Shown one piece after another: positions 43,601 through 60,500 of a DNA stretch of 64,000 nucleotides. A model generated the notes under the pieces. That model was not told the DNA's origin and made no database searches. It worked only from the letters and a program-made list of their open reading frames with translations. The stretch lies in assembly GCF_009914755.1 (NCBI RefSeq), contig NC_060927.1; one strand, 5' to 3'. The DNA comes from the human T2T-CHM13v2.0 reference genome, Homo sapiens. Every line of letters starts with the position of its first letter. The stretch's first letter is position 1. The position numbers and the translations under genes were made by a program.

Positions 43601-46465
43601 AAAGTTGTTGTAGTTATTATTTTTGATAAGTCCATCCTTTAGTCTTACTACTCAAGACATAAGTAGTTTATATACCACAATTACAGTGTTGTAATATTCT
43701 GTATTTATCTGTATACTTACTATTATCCATGAGTTTTGTGCCTTCAGATGATTTCTTAGTGCTCATTAATGGTCTTTTCCTTCAGACTGAAGAATTCCTT
43801 TTAACCTTTCTTCTTGTAGGACAGGCCTGGTGTTGACAAAACTTCTTGGCTTTTGTTCACCTGGGAAAGTATCTATTTCTCCTTCATGTTTGAAGGATAT
43901 TCAAATACATACAATGTTCTAGGATAATTTTTTTATCTTTAGCACTTTAAATATGTTAGCTACTGTCTCCTGGTCTACAAAATTGCCACTGAGAAGTCTG
44001 CTGCCAGACATATTGGAGCTCCTTTATATGTTGTTTGTTTTCTCTTGCTGCTTTTAGGATCCATTCTTTATTCTTAACCTTTGGGAGTTATACTATTAAA
44101 TGTCTTGAGGTAGTCTTACTTGGGTTAAATCTGCTTGGTGTTCTATAACCTTCTTGTGCTTGAATATTGTTATCTCTCTCTAGGTTTGGTAAGTTATTGT
44201 TATTATCTCTTTGAATAAATTTTATGGTCCAATCTTTCTCTCTACCTCCTCTTTAAGGCCAGTAACTCTTAGATTTGCCCTTTTGAGGCTCTTTTCTTGA
44301 TCTTATAGGCATGCTTCATGCCTTTTCTTTTTTTACTTTTGTTTCCTCTGCTTGTGTATTTTCAGATAGCCTGTCTTCAAGCTCATTAATTCTTTCTTCC
44401 GCTTGATCCATTCAGCTGTTAAGACACACTGATGTATTTTTTCAGTTTGTCAATTGACTTTTTCAGCTCCAGGATCTCTGCTTGATTTTTTTTTTATTAT
44501 TTCAATTACTTTGTTAAGTTTATCTTATAAAATTCAGAATTCCTTCTCTGTGTTTTCTTGAATTTTGTTGAGCTTCCTCAAAACAGCTATTTTGAATTCT
44601 CTGAAAGGTCACATATCTCTGTCACATGAGGATTGGTCATTTGTGCCTTATTTAGTTCATTTGGTGAGGTTATTGTCAGGCCTCTGAGCCCAAGCTAAGC
44701 CACCATATCCCCAGTGACCTGCACATATACATCCAGATGGCCTGAAGCAACTGAAGATCCACAGAAGTGAAAATAGCCTTAACTGATGACATTCCACCAT
44801 TGTGATTTGTTACTGCCCCACCTAACTGATCAATGTACTTTGCAATCTTCCCCAACCCTTAAGAAGGTTCTTTGTAATTCTCCCCACCCTTGAGAATGTA
44901 CTTTGTGAGATCCACCCCCTGCCCGCAAAACATTGCTCCAAACTCCACCACCTATCCCCAAAACCTATAAGAACTAATGATAATCCACCACCCTTTGCTG
45001 ACTGTCTTTTTGGACTCAGCCCGCCTGCACCCAGGTGAAATAAACAGCCATGTTGCTCACACAAAGCTTGTTTGGTGGTCTCTTCACACGGACACATGAG
45101 ACAGTTATGTTTTCTGGATGGTCTTGGTGCTTGCAGATATTCAATGATGTCTGTGCATTGAAGAGCTAGGGATTTATTCTATTCTTCACACTCTGGGCTT
45201 GTTTGTACCCATCCTTCTTAAGAAAGCTTTCTAAGTATTCAAAGGGCATCGAGTGTTGTAATTTAAGTCTTTGATGACTGCAGCCATTATCTGCTTTGGG
45301 GGCAACCCAAGTCCAGTAACACTGTGACTTTTGCCAACTCATAGAGGTACTGCCTTGGTGGTCTTGGGCAAGATCTGGGAGAATTCCCTAGATTACCAGG
45401 CAGAGTCTCTTGTTCTCTTCTCTTACTTTCTCCCACAGAGTCTCTCTCTTCACGCTGACCTACCTGGAGTTGGGGGAAAGGTGATGCAAGCATCCCTATG
45501 GCCACTACCACTGGGGATGTGCTGGGTCACATCTGAAGCCACCATGGTACTGGGTTCTGCCCAAGACCCATGTTAACTACTGCCTGGCTACCACTAATGT
45601 TTATTCAAGTCCCAAAGACTCTTTAGTCAGCAGATGATGAATCTTGCAAGGACTGAGTCTTTCTCTTCAGGGCAGCAAGTTTCCTTCTGGTTCAGGGTGG
45701 GTCTAGAACTGTCATCTAGGAACTAGGGCCTGAAATGAGGGCTTCAGGACTCTGCTTGGTGCTTTATTTAATATGGCTAAGCCGGTATCCAAGGTGCAGG
45801 ACAAAGTCCTCTTTCCTCTAACCTCTCCTTTCCTCAAGCAGAAGAAGTCTCTCCAGGAGCTGCAAGCTGTGTTGACTGGCCTTGGGGAAGGGTGACACAA
45901 ACACTCCTTTGGCTGCCCCAGCTGTATCTCACTGAGTCATGTGCACCCCAAGTCCACTGGTTCCAAGCCCAGCAAAGCACCAGAACTTGCTCAGGAATCA
46001 CAGTCTTTGTGGCCTAGACTGCCTTTCAAATTTATTTAGTACCCTAGAGCACTTTAGCTGGACCATTCCCCTCCAGTGAGGGCTGGTCTAAATACTGCCT
46101 CTGTGGGCACCAGGTGAATTCTGCCCTTCACTGTTACTGGGCAGCACTGAGTTCCAATGCAAGTTCAACAGTCACTGTGTTCTCCCTCTCCCAAACACAG
46201 ATTCTTTCTCTGTGTCACGTGGCACTGCCAGAAGATGTGGCAAGGGTGTTGGAGGCAATTCAAAACTGTATTTCCTACCTCTTCAGTGCCTCCTTCCTCG
46301 AAATGATTTTAAAATCAGGTACTATGATCACTCACCTGATTCTTTGGTTCTCATGGGGGTGCTTTCTTTTGTCAACAGTTGTTCAAGTTTGGTGACTGAA
46401 CAACTATTGTGGGGGAATAATTACTGGAGGGTTCTATTCAGCCATCTTGCTCCACCTCTCCCCCA
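40646..46465 (-). mobile_element. L1MA(2/3)-like element with both ends and a large internal ORF2 deletion
   Basis: 3'UTR at about 40650 (aatggggtatccatcacctc); deletion junction near 42396; EN region; ORF1; 5' start ggggagaggtggagcaagatggctgaatag. Confidence 0.85.
44674..45103 (+). mobile_element. HERV-H solo LTR (LTR7B/7Y-like)
   Basis: tgtcaggcctctgagcccaagctaagcc...gactcagcccgcctgcacccaggtgaaataaac...gaca. Perfect TSD gttat at 44669-44673 and 45104-45108. Confidence 0.95.
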
Positions 46466-47300
46466 TTCTTTTTTTTTTAAATTTTGTTTATTCTAGGTAC
46501 TCTGCATTTCCACTTAAATTTAGGAACTAGTTGTCAATTTCTATGAAAAGCCTGCTGGAATTTTGATAATGATTATGTTGAATCTATAAATCAATTTGAA
46601 GAGAATTGCCATTTTAACTAAACTAAGTCTTCTAATCCACAAACATAGTATATCTTTCCACCTACTTACGTCTCATTAATTTCTCTTAGCAATGTTTTAT
46701 AGTTTTTATTATATAGTTCTTGTACTTTAAAAAATTTATTCCCATATATTTTATTCTTTTTACTTTCATAGTAAATGATATTATCTTAATTTTATTTTTA
46801 GATTGTTGATTGCTAATAAACAGAAATACAATTGATTTTTGTATATTTATCTTTTACCTTATGACCTTGTTAAACTTGCTTATTAAGGCAGATTCCTTAA
46901 GATTTCCTACATACAAATCATATCGTCCATGAATAAAGACAATTTTACTTCTTACCTTTCAATATGCATATCTTTAATTTCTTAATCTTACCTCATTGCA
47001 CTGCCTCGAATGTCCAGTGCAATGTTAAATAAAAGTGATGAGAAGAGACATTTTTGTATCCTTTCAAATCTTAGGGTGAGAAAGCATTCAGGCTTTTAAT
47101 ATTAACCATGAAATTACCTGCAGCTCAGGTTGAAGAAATGTTTATTTCTAGTTTGTTGAAAATTTTTACCATGAATGTATGTTGGATATTTTCAAATGTT
47201 TTTATATTTCTATTGAGATCATTATATGGACTTTGTCCTTTATTCTATTAAGATGATGTATTACACTAACTGATTTTGGGTTAATAAGTTAACCTTGCCA
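46466..47300 (-). mobile_element. Continuation of the old L1M ORF2
   Basis: ttgtcaatttctatgaaaagcctgctggaattttgat...caatgttaaataaaagtgatgag. Confidence 0.75.
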
Positions 47301-48545
47301 TGTGAGGAGCTCAAGAATCACTACTCCATCCAAACAACAAATAAAAAACTAAACAAACTGAAAAATCAATAACTATTCTTAAATTCATCAAAGAAGTGAG
47401 GTAGCAGGGCAAACCTCTGCCCCAAAAACATAGCGACAGACAAGGAGATACAGAAAACCACAACTTACTAGAACAGAAACTCACAAGAAGAAATTCTGTG
47501 CAGAACCAGTGCCCAGATAGGAAATGTTGAAATGTAATTGACAATTGCTGGAGACTCAGTGTGAACACGTCTGAGAGTTAAAAACTCCAGGGAGAATGAG
47601 TCATAGGAGGCCCCCATGTTTTTATGAGTTCTACCTGCAGGAGCTCTACAAAACTCTCATGGTGAATATCTAGGAAAATCTTTTCATGCTTCTGGCAGGG
47701 GTTGGGGAAAAGTAAGCATTCTGAAGTATGCCAGATCACTCTCTTCTTAATAAGGAATACCCTCAAGAGAAACAATTTTATTATAGCCTAAATTGCTGGG
47801 GTTTTACCAGAGCCTACTTCAGAAAAAGGAAATACCCAACTCCAGCCAATTCTAGCCTTCCACAAGGGGAAAAGAAATACCCAACTCCAGCCCCCTCTAG
47901 CCATCCTGTCCCACCTAAAGAGTAAGGAGAGGACTAAGAAGTATTTGCAACTGTCATGGTCCAGGGACACAGTCTCATAAAAAGACTGAAACCTACTCAT
48001 AGGACTAATGTTTTCCCTCCCTATAAAACTTACCGCTACTTTACTAAAGGCCTATTTACTGCAGTTCCAGTTACCCAGTATATCATGTCAACCTTTCTAC
48101 AGAAAATTTATAGGACATTCTAGAAGGCAAAAAAAAAAAAAAAAACTGTGAGGAGACAAAACAAGCATCATAACCAGAGATAGATATGGTAGAAATGTTA
48201 AAATTATCAGACTAGGATTTTTTTAACTGCAATTAATATGCTAAGGTTAATGGCAGAAAAGATGAGTAACAAGCGGAGAGACGAACATTCTAAGAAAGAA
48301 CCAAAAGACATGCCAGACATCAAAAACACTGTAGTAGAAATGAAGAACGTCTTTAATGGGCTCATTAGTAGACTGGACGTGACTAAGGAAAAAAACCCCA
48401 AGCTTGAGTATGTGACAATAGAAACTTTCCAAACTGAAAAGAAAAAAGACTAACATAAAATCCAAGAACTGCTGGACAACAACCAAAGAGGAAACCAAAG
48501 AGGTAACATATGCACAATGGGAATATCAGAAAGAGAAGAAAGAGA
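47301..48545 (+). mobile_element. Old L1M (MC/MD-type) 5'UTR-ORF1 fragment
   Basis: ORF1 coiled-coil-like peptide IKNTVVEMKNVFNGLISRLD (48238-48453). Confidence 0.7.
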
Positions 48546-49556
48546 TCTGTTGCTAGACTCAGATTAATATTTTGTTAAGGATTTTTGCATCTGTGTCCAT
48601 GAAGGATATTGGTCTATAGTTTTCTTGTGATGTCTTTGTCAGCTTTGTCTGGCTTCATTAAAATGAGTTGGGAAGAAGTTCTCTCCTATCTGTTTTCTGA
48701 AAAGGTTTGTGTAGAATCAGTATGATTTCTTCCTTAAATACTTCACAAGATTCTCCAGTTAAAACATCTAGACCTGGCCACTTTATGGGATATTATCCTT
48801 TTAATGATTCAATTCAATAAAATTTTATTGGGTACCTATTATATACGCGCTGCTGCAGTTGACTTTAAGGACCTACAATTTCCAATATGTATAAATTTTA
48901 CACTCTACTATAAAGATTTTTAAAATCCTACATACAAAAATCAACCATGCCATAATACAAGGTACTGTTTAATTATGTGCAAACATCATGGAGAACAAAA
49001 CACTAACTGAAACTTTATTCAAATTCAGTTTCTGTCATTACCTGGTAGTTGAACCTTAATCACTTAAACATCCTAAGTTGCAGTCTCCTCATTGTAAAAT
49101 AATAAAGTTCGATGAGAATACTTCTAAGATCCTTCCAGTATTTAAATTATTTAATCTATAAGGAAAGTTTAAAATTAAACTTTATCACAAATGACAATCT
49201 AAGAAAAATGTTTATAATTAAAAGCCCAGACAAAATATTATTCCAAATTTATAAGATCTTAGAGATCAAGAAGAAAAAAACAACAATATAATAGAAAAAT
49301 AACATTCAGAAAAAGAAACACCAAATGATCCTTAAACACATGAAAATTACTGAACATCAAAATCAACTATATGCTAACAAGTAACTGGAAAATATAATTT
49401 TAGAAAGATAAGCATTTAAATTGCAATAAAAGACATCAAATACTTGGGAATACATTTATCAAACTATGTATAAGATCACTACGCTAAAGACTACCACAGA
49501 TTGCTGAGAGAAATTAAAGAAGGCCAAAATAAATATTCATGGATTTTAAAATTTAG

Positions 49557-49901
<345 letters not shown>

Positions 49902-50375
49902 TAAATTCAATGCAATCCAAATAAAAATTCCAGCAGACATTTTCTACATTTATTGGAAAATGTACATGAAAACACAGATGACCTAGAAAAGCCAATACAA
50001 TCTTGAAAAAGAACAAAACTTGAGGATTTACACAACCAAATGTTAATACTTAGAAAAAACCTACAATAACTAAGGCAATGTGGTATATACACCAATGGAA
50101 CAGAATAAAGACAGCCCAGAATTAGACCCACACATATTGTCACCAATTTACATACCACTGAAGTTCAAAGGGGAAAGAACGACCCTTTCCCAGTCCCCAT
50201 AAATGGTGCTGGATCATTGGAAAACTATATGGAGAAAGAGGAACCTTGACTCTTAAATTCCACAATGCACAAAAATTTTTTTTTAACTTTTAAGTTCAGG
50301 GGTATATGTGCATGTTTTTTACACAGGTAAACTTGTAACATGGGCATTTATTATACAGATTATTTCATCACCCCA

Positions 50376-50762
50376 TGTGATGGTTAACACTGAGTGTCAA
50401 CTGGATTGGGTTGAAGGATGCAAAGTATTGATCCTGAGTGTGTCTGTGAGGGTGTTCCCAAAGGAGATTAACATTTGTGTCGCTGGGCTGGGAAAGGCAG
50501 ACCCACCCTTGATCTGGGTGGGCACCACCTAATCAGCTGCCAATACAGCCAGGATATAAAGCAGGCAGAAAATCATAAAAAGGCTAGACTGGCATAGCCT
50601 CCCAGCATACATCTTTCTCCTGTGATGGAGGCTTCCTGTCCTCAAACATCAACTCCAAGTTCTTCAGCTTTGGGACTCAGACTGGTTTCCTTGCTCCTCA
50701 GCCTGCAGATGGCCTGTTGCAGGACCGTGTGATTGTGTGAGTTAATACTCCTTAATAAACTC

Positions 50763-50809
<47 letters not shown>

Positions 50810-50864
50810 TATATACATATACATATATATACATATATATACACACATATATATACATATACAT

Positions 50865-50912
<48 letters not shown>

Positions 50913-50950
50913 TATTAGTTCTGTTTCTCTAGAGAACCCTGACTAATATA
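50376..50950 (+). mobile_element. MLT2A (A2-like) HERV-L solo LTR
   Basis: tgtgatggttaacactgagtgtcaac...gcaaagtattgatcc...ctagagaaccctgactaatata. Confidence 0.92.
50766..50909. repeat. Compound (TA)n/(CA)n/(TATACA)n microsatellite inside MLT2A
   Basis: Directly visible; about 144 bp of alternating purine-pyrimidine. Confidence 0.95.
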
Positions 50951-52131
50951 CCCAGGTACTAAGCCTAGTACCCATTAGTTATTTTTCCTGATCCTCTCCT
51001 TCCTCTAACCTCCACCCTCCAGTTGGCCCTAGTATGTGTTGTTCCCCTCTCTGTGTCCATGTGTTCTCATCATTTAGCTCCAATTAATAAGTGAGAACAT
51101 GCAGTATTTTATTTTCTATTCCTGCATTAGTTTGCTAAGATAATGGCCTCCAGCTTTTGAAAGAGGTAAACATGAAAGAGAAAATAATAAAGCTTCCAGA
51201 GGAAAATATAAGAGAATATCTTCATGACCTTGAGGTAAGGAAGATTACTTAAACCGGACACAGAAAACTCCAATCATTTAAAAAACATAGACAAGTTCAA
51301 CTTCATTTAAATTAAGATCTTCAATTCTCCAAAAGATGCCATTAGACTATAAACTACAAGGTATTGGTACTATAAGGTAAAACCACAATTAAATATCACT
51401 TCATCCTCACCAGATTGGCTAAAATTATAAGAACTGATAATACATCAAGTCTTAGCAAGGAGTAGGTGGTTTTATGCTCATAGTGTAAACAAAGCAGCCA
51501 GGAAGTTCGAACTGGGAGGAGCCCACTGCAGTTCAGCAAGGCCTCCGCAGCCAAACTGCCAGAGTTCTCCTCTCTGGGCAGGGCATCTCTGAAAAAAAGG
51601 CAGCAACCCCAGTCAGGGACTTACAGATAAAACCCCCATCTCCCAGGGACAGAGCACCTGGGGAAGGGGTGGCTGTGGGCACAGCTTCAGCAGATGTAAA
51701 CGTCCCTGCCTGATGGCTCTGAAGAGAGGAGCAGACCTCCCAGCACAGCATTCGAGCTCTGCTAAGGGTCAGATTGTCTCTTCAAGTGGGTCCCTGACCG
51801 CCGTGTATCCTGACTGGGAGACACCTCCCAGTAGGGGCCGACAGACAGCTCATACAGGAGAGCTGTGGCTGGCATCTGGCAGATGCCCCTCTGGGACAAA
51901 ACTTCCAGAGGAAAGAACAGTCAGCAATCTTTGCTGTTCTGCAGCCTCCACTGGTGATACCCAGGCAAACAGCATCGGGAGTGGACCTCCAGCAAACTCC
52001 AGCAGACCTGCGGCAGAGGGGCCTGATTGTTAGAAGGAAAGCTAACAAAAAGAAAGGAATAGCACATCCACTCAAAGACCCTATCCGACGGTCACCAACA
52101 TCAAAGACCAAAGGTAGATAAATCTACAAAA

Positions 52132-53153
52132 ATGGGGAGAAACACGCACAAAAAGTCTGAAAATTCCAAAAACCAGAATGCCTCTTCTCCAAAGGATCAC
52201 AACTACTCGCCAACAAGGGAGCAAAAATGGACAGAGAATGAGTTTGATGAATTGACAGAAGTAAGCTTTAGAAGGTGGTAAATAACAAACTCCTCTGAGC
52301 TAAAGGAGCATGCTGTAACTCAATGCAAGAAAGCTAAGAACATTGAAAAAAGGTTACACGAATTGTTAACTAGAATAACCAGTTTACAGAAGAACATAAA
52401 TGATCTAATGGAGCTGAAAAACACAGCACAAGAACTTTGGGAAGCATACACAAGTATCAATAGCCGAATTGATCAAGTGGAAGAAAGGATATCGGTTATT
52501 CAAGATCAAATTAATGAAATAAAGCGAGAAGACAAAATTAGAGAAAAAATTATAAAAACGAACAAACAAAGCCTCCAAGAAATATGGGACTATGTGTAAA
52601 GACCAAACCTGTGTTTGATTGGTGTACCTGAAAGTGACAGGGAGAATGGAACCAAGTTGGAAAACACTCTTCAGGATATTATCCAGGAGAACTTCCCCAA
52701 CCCAGCAAGACAGGCCAACATTCAAATTCAGGAAATACAGAGAACACCACAAAGATACTCCTCAAGAAGAGCAACCCCAAGACGCATAATCATCAGATTC
52801 ACCAAGGTTGAAATTAAGGAAAAAATGTTAAGGGCAGCCAGAGAGAAAGGTCGGGTTACACACAAAGGAGAGCCCATCAGACTAACAGCAAATCTCTCTG
52901 CAGAAACCCTACAAGCCAGAAGAGAGTGGGGGCCAATATTCAACATTCTTAAAGAAAAGAATTTTCAACCGAGAATTTCATATCCAGTCAAACTAAGCTT
53001 CATAAGCCAAGGAGAAATAAAATCCTTTACAGACAAGCAAATGCTTTAAGATTTTGTCACCACCAGGCCTGCGTTACAAGAGCTCCTAAAGGAAGCACTA
53101 AACATGGAAAGGAACAACCAGTTCCAGCCACTGCAAAAACAAACCAAAATATA
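52132..53153 (+). pseudogene. L1 ORF1p, disrupted
   Basis: GTKLENTLQDIIQENFP...REKGRVTHKG...QPRISYP, with stops. Confidence 0.88.
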
Positions 53154-53217
53154 AAGACCATCAACACTATGAAGAAACTGCATCAACTAACAGGCAAAAC
53201 AACCAGCTAGCATCATA

Positions 53218-56993
<3,776 letters not shown>

Positions 56994-57224
56994 ACAATGA
57001 GAACACATGGACATAGGGAGGGGAACATCACACACAAGGGCCTGTCAGGGGGTGAGGGGTTAGGGGAGGGATAACATTAGGAGAAATACCTAATGTAGGT
57101 GACAGGTTGATGGGTGCAGCAAACCACCATGGCACATGTATACCTATGTAACAAAACTTCACGTTGTACACATGTATCCCAGAACTTAAAGTATTTTATA
57201 TATATATATATATATGAAGAAAAA

Positions 57225-57368
57225 GAAAACTAGACTAACTGTGACACCTTCAGAGACAACATTTTGTATATATTTCACGATTTCTTTTTAGGGAAATGTA
57301 CAAGGTCTAATTACACAAGCTGTTTATTCTCCTTATTAGCCTTTTGGGTTTCAGCATGTGTAGGTTTT
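57225..57368 (+). repeat. 144-bp direct duplicate of 58422-58565
   Basis: Ungapped match with 7 differences by eye, all transitions. Confidence 0.95.
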
Positions 57369-57796
57369 ATTTTTTTATTAAAAAAATTAAAAAATATTTT
57401 TTATCTTTGAACCACAAAATTTCTTAGCTATTTTTTTTAAAACACAAGAAAAGAATAAGATATATCCACAGGAACTGCAACTAAAATTCACCAGGGAAAA
57501 AATTAAGTTGTATACCAGCTGAGAAACAATTTGCAGGAGAAACAGGACTTCATATGTCTTTGAAAGATAGGTAAGGTCTGATTTGGGACACCTACTTTCA
57601 CGTCCACAAGTGGATGAGAATCTCACCTTGAAATCCTGTTACTTCAGTCAGAACATTCAGTTTAATATCATGTTATTCGCTTAATTCGACATAGTGGTCA
57701 CTTCTCGAAAGCGAAGGAGAGAAACAAGAATGAGGAGGGAAGGATTTCTCAGAGGCTTTAACTGTATCTTTATTTTACTTCTTTAAAAAAAAAAAT

Positions 57797-57987
57797 AGAC
57801 ACGCAGGGAAGATCGGGTGAAGACACTGGAAGAAGGCCATTTATAAGCCAAAGAGAGAGACCTTACGAGAAATCAACCCTGTCAACCGAACACCTTGACC
57901 TCATGCTTCTAGCCTCCTGAATTGTGAGAGAATAAAATTCTGTTGTTTAAGCCACATACAAAATAATAATAATATGTAATAAAAAAA
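57797..57987 (+). mobile_element. MLT1(A/B) 3' fragment with A-rich tail, inside an L1ME 3' end
   Basis: gtgaagacac...aagccaaagagagag...cttctagcctcctgaattgtgagagaataaa...gtttaagccac, then A-rich sequence. Confidence 0.75.
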
Positions 57988-58899
57988 TGAAGCAAAAATG
58001 GCAAAATGCAAAGATTTGACAAATTTAGGTGGTGGGGGAAAAGTTAAATTGTTTCCTTTTTATTGAAGACACCACAGGCCTCCGGGAATAATAATTGATT
58101 TTTTTAAGATAAAGCATTTCATTGTGCTTTTTGTGTGGACAAGCAGTATAAGGAAGAATAAACGTGTGAAGCCAAAACAACACAGTACATTTACAAGACT
58201 TTGGCTCATCAAGAAGTCACTCTAGAGCCACCTAAGGTCGCACTAAACTGTGGGCATTCAGCGCAGAGCAAATCTGGATCTGCGTGAATGCCTGCTGCTG
58301 TGAACGCGGGCCAGGCCAGAGCTTCAAATGTCAGACTTCGTGTGAGAGCATCAGTTTATAGACAAACCAGAAGCCTATTGTTCTTGTAATTACTACAGGC
58401 AATGAGCATAGTTTCCAAATTGAAAACTAGACTAACTATGACGCCTTCAGAGACAACATTTTGTACATATTTCATGATTTCTTTTTAGGGAAATGCACAA
58501 GGTCTAATTACACAAGCTGTTTATTCTCCTCATTAGCCTTTTGGGTTTCAGCATGTGTGGGTTTTTCTTAAGCTTTTCTCACTATTAAACGCAGCCAAAT
58601 TCGTGCTCACAGAGGAAGTCAGATTCTAGTAGGCAGCTCAACAGCAGATCTCCAAGCTACCCAAATCCACTGGGTAATCAAAAACATTCCGTAAGCTGCT
58701 GTATGACTTTTTTCTTTCCTCCCGCAAACAGCAGTAGCAGGATTAATGTCAACACACACTCCCCCATACCACCCCCACACAGGCTTAGCCTGTTTAACTG
58801 CAATTACTCTCCTGAACAAGATTCTTGTTGCCACTTGGCAAAGATGAAAAGAAGAGAGGGTAAAGAGCACAGACTATTCATATAAATAAATACAAAGTA

Positions 58900-59100
58900 C
58901 CTTATGTTATTCGACACTTTCCACATTTCAAACATTTTCACATATTTGATCCTTACAAATCAATGAAGAGGCAGAGGAGGTATTGCTGATCCCATTTTAC
59001 AGATGAGGAAAGCTGAGGCTCAGGGAAGTGAAGTGGCTAACCAAAAAGTTATATAGCTCATAAGTGGATGGAACCCACACTCATATCTTCTGACTCTATT
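58900..59100 (-). mobile_element. MIR
   Basis: cccattttacagatgaggaaagctgaggctcagggaagtgaagtg. Confidence 0.85.
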
Positions 59101-59356
59101 GCAGAGTTCTTTCTGCTGTGCCAGATGTTTGCACACTCAACTCAAAAAAACTGGTGACATAACTTTTCAAATTCCCTTATATCTACCTGTAAGTTGCAAA
59201 GTCTCCCACAGTCATGGTTGTCTAATGTATTCAATTCCTCTAGATGTTTTGGACCCAAAATATCTCTTTCCTCACCCTCTGGCCTGCCATGGATCTGTAT
59301 TTCCACCATTTGAGTTTACTTCTCCACCTAACAAGCTGGAATTTACCATGCAGGCC

Positions 59357-59545
59357 AGTTTTTCTCAATATTGTTTCTGAGGTACCTCCATAAGAAATAC
59401 ACTGGGAATATGTTAAAAATATAAATTCCTGGGCATCATCCCAAATCCATGGAATCAGAATCTTTTGGGGGTGTGTTTAGGAATTTGCATTTTTAACAAG
59501 CTCTCCCAAGCTGAATCCAGCCTTAAAGTTAAGAAGCACAGCTTT
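59357..59545. mobile_element. MER5-family MITE
   Basis: agtttttctcaa...tgttaaaaatataaattcctggg...gaatcagaatct...gcatttttaacaagctc. Confidence 0.7.
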
Positions 59546-60344
59546 CAGCAATGAAAATCCTGGGATGTTTTAAGCCAGAGACTAGAATCACCAAAGGGTT
59601 ATTTTAAGGTGATAAACTTGGAAGTAATGTTTCACATGAGCTGGAGTAGAAAGACTGGCGTCTAGGAGAACTGTCTGAGATTACTGCAGTAGCCCAACTT
59701 GAGAAACAGGATGGGAGGGAAAGAGTAAACATGGAAATAGAAAGAAAAATTCTAAAGAGCATTACATAAGTCACTACAATTTCTTCTCTTTGTTTTCTAC
59801 AAAAATTTCACTTCACCCAGGCTCCATTAGACATTAGTAAGAGGCCAAGTTAATTCTGTGAGCATATTTCATCAGGGCCACAGTTCAGCTCATCTCTCTG
59901 TGTGTGTGCTGCACTTCATACGAGGGGATTTAGCTACGGTTCATGCTAGACTGCTTAATTAGTCTCCTGGGACTAAAATTGAGTTCCTTTGCTAAATTCA
60001 TTTAGATCAGAAGAAAAGGTGGTAAACTTCCAGTAGCGATGTCCAAAGCATTTCAAATTCCTTTCTAAAACTACAACCCTCCAGGTTTTTCATGTGTGAT
60101 GGAGAAGTTCATAGGAGCATTGCTTTCCAGGTCATTCTGTGAAACCACAGAATGTATTATCTAGGACGGTTTTCATTTTCATTTGTTTCCTTTGTCCTCA
60201 CTTCCTCTCTTCTCTCTCTTTCCATCTCTCTCTCCCTCCCTCCTTCCCTCCCTTAAATGGTGGTCAAGTGTTCTTGGATGATGTTTTAGGTTTTTATCTT
60301 TCTCATAGCAGATGCTAAAATCATATCACCCTAGAATTTAGAAT

Positions 60345-60500
60345 GCCTGAGTTCTAGTTCCAGTTTTACCACAGACTTGCTATAGGACCTTGAGTAATTC
60401 CACTCTTCCTTCTGGGGCTCAGTTTCTTCATCTGTAAAACGAGAAGACTGAACTAGCTTGTATCCAAGGTCACTCCAATCCAAATATTCTTAATTTCTAA
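60345..60500 (+). mobile_element. MIR3/MIRc fragment
   Basis: cctggagttctagttccag...ctcagtttcttcatctgtaaaacgag. Confidence 0.7.

Larger units (their letters stand above)
50276..51153 (-). mobile_element. Short older L1PA (about PA13-16) 3' end, interrupted by MLT2A
   Basis: ttttaagttcagggg...attatttcatcaccc | cccaggtactaagcctagtacc...gtgagaacatgcagtattt. Confidence 0.8.

Noticed and set aside
47826-47895. Repeated aaatacccaactccagcc
   Set aside because: Lies within an old L1 5'UTR, where short internal repeats are common.
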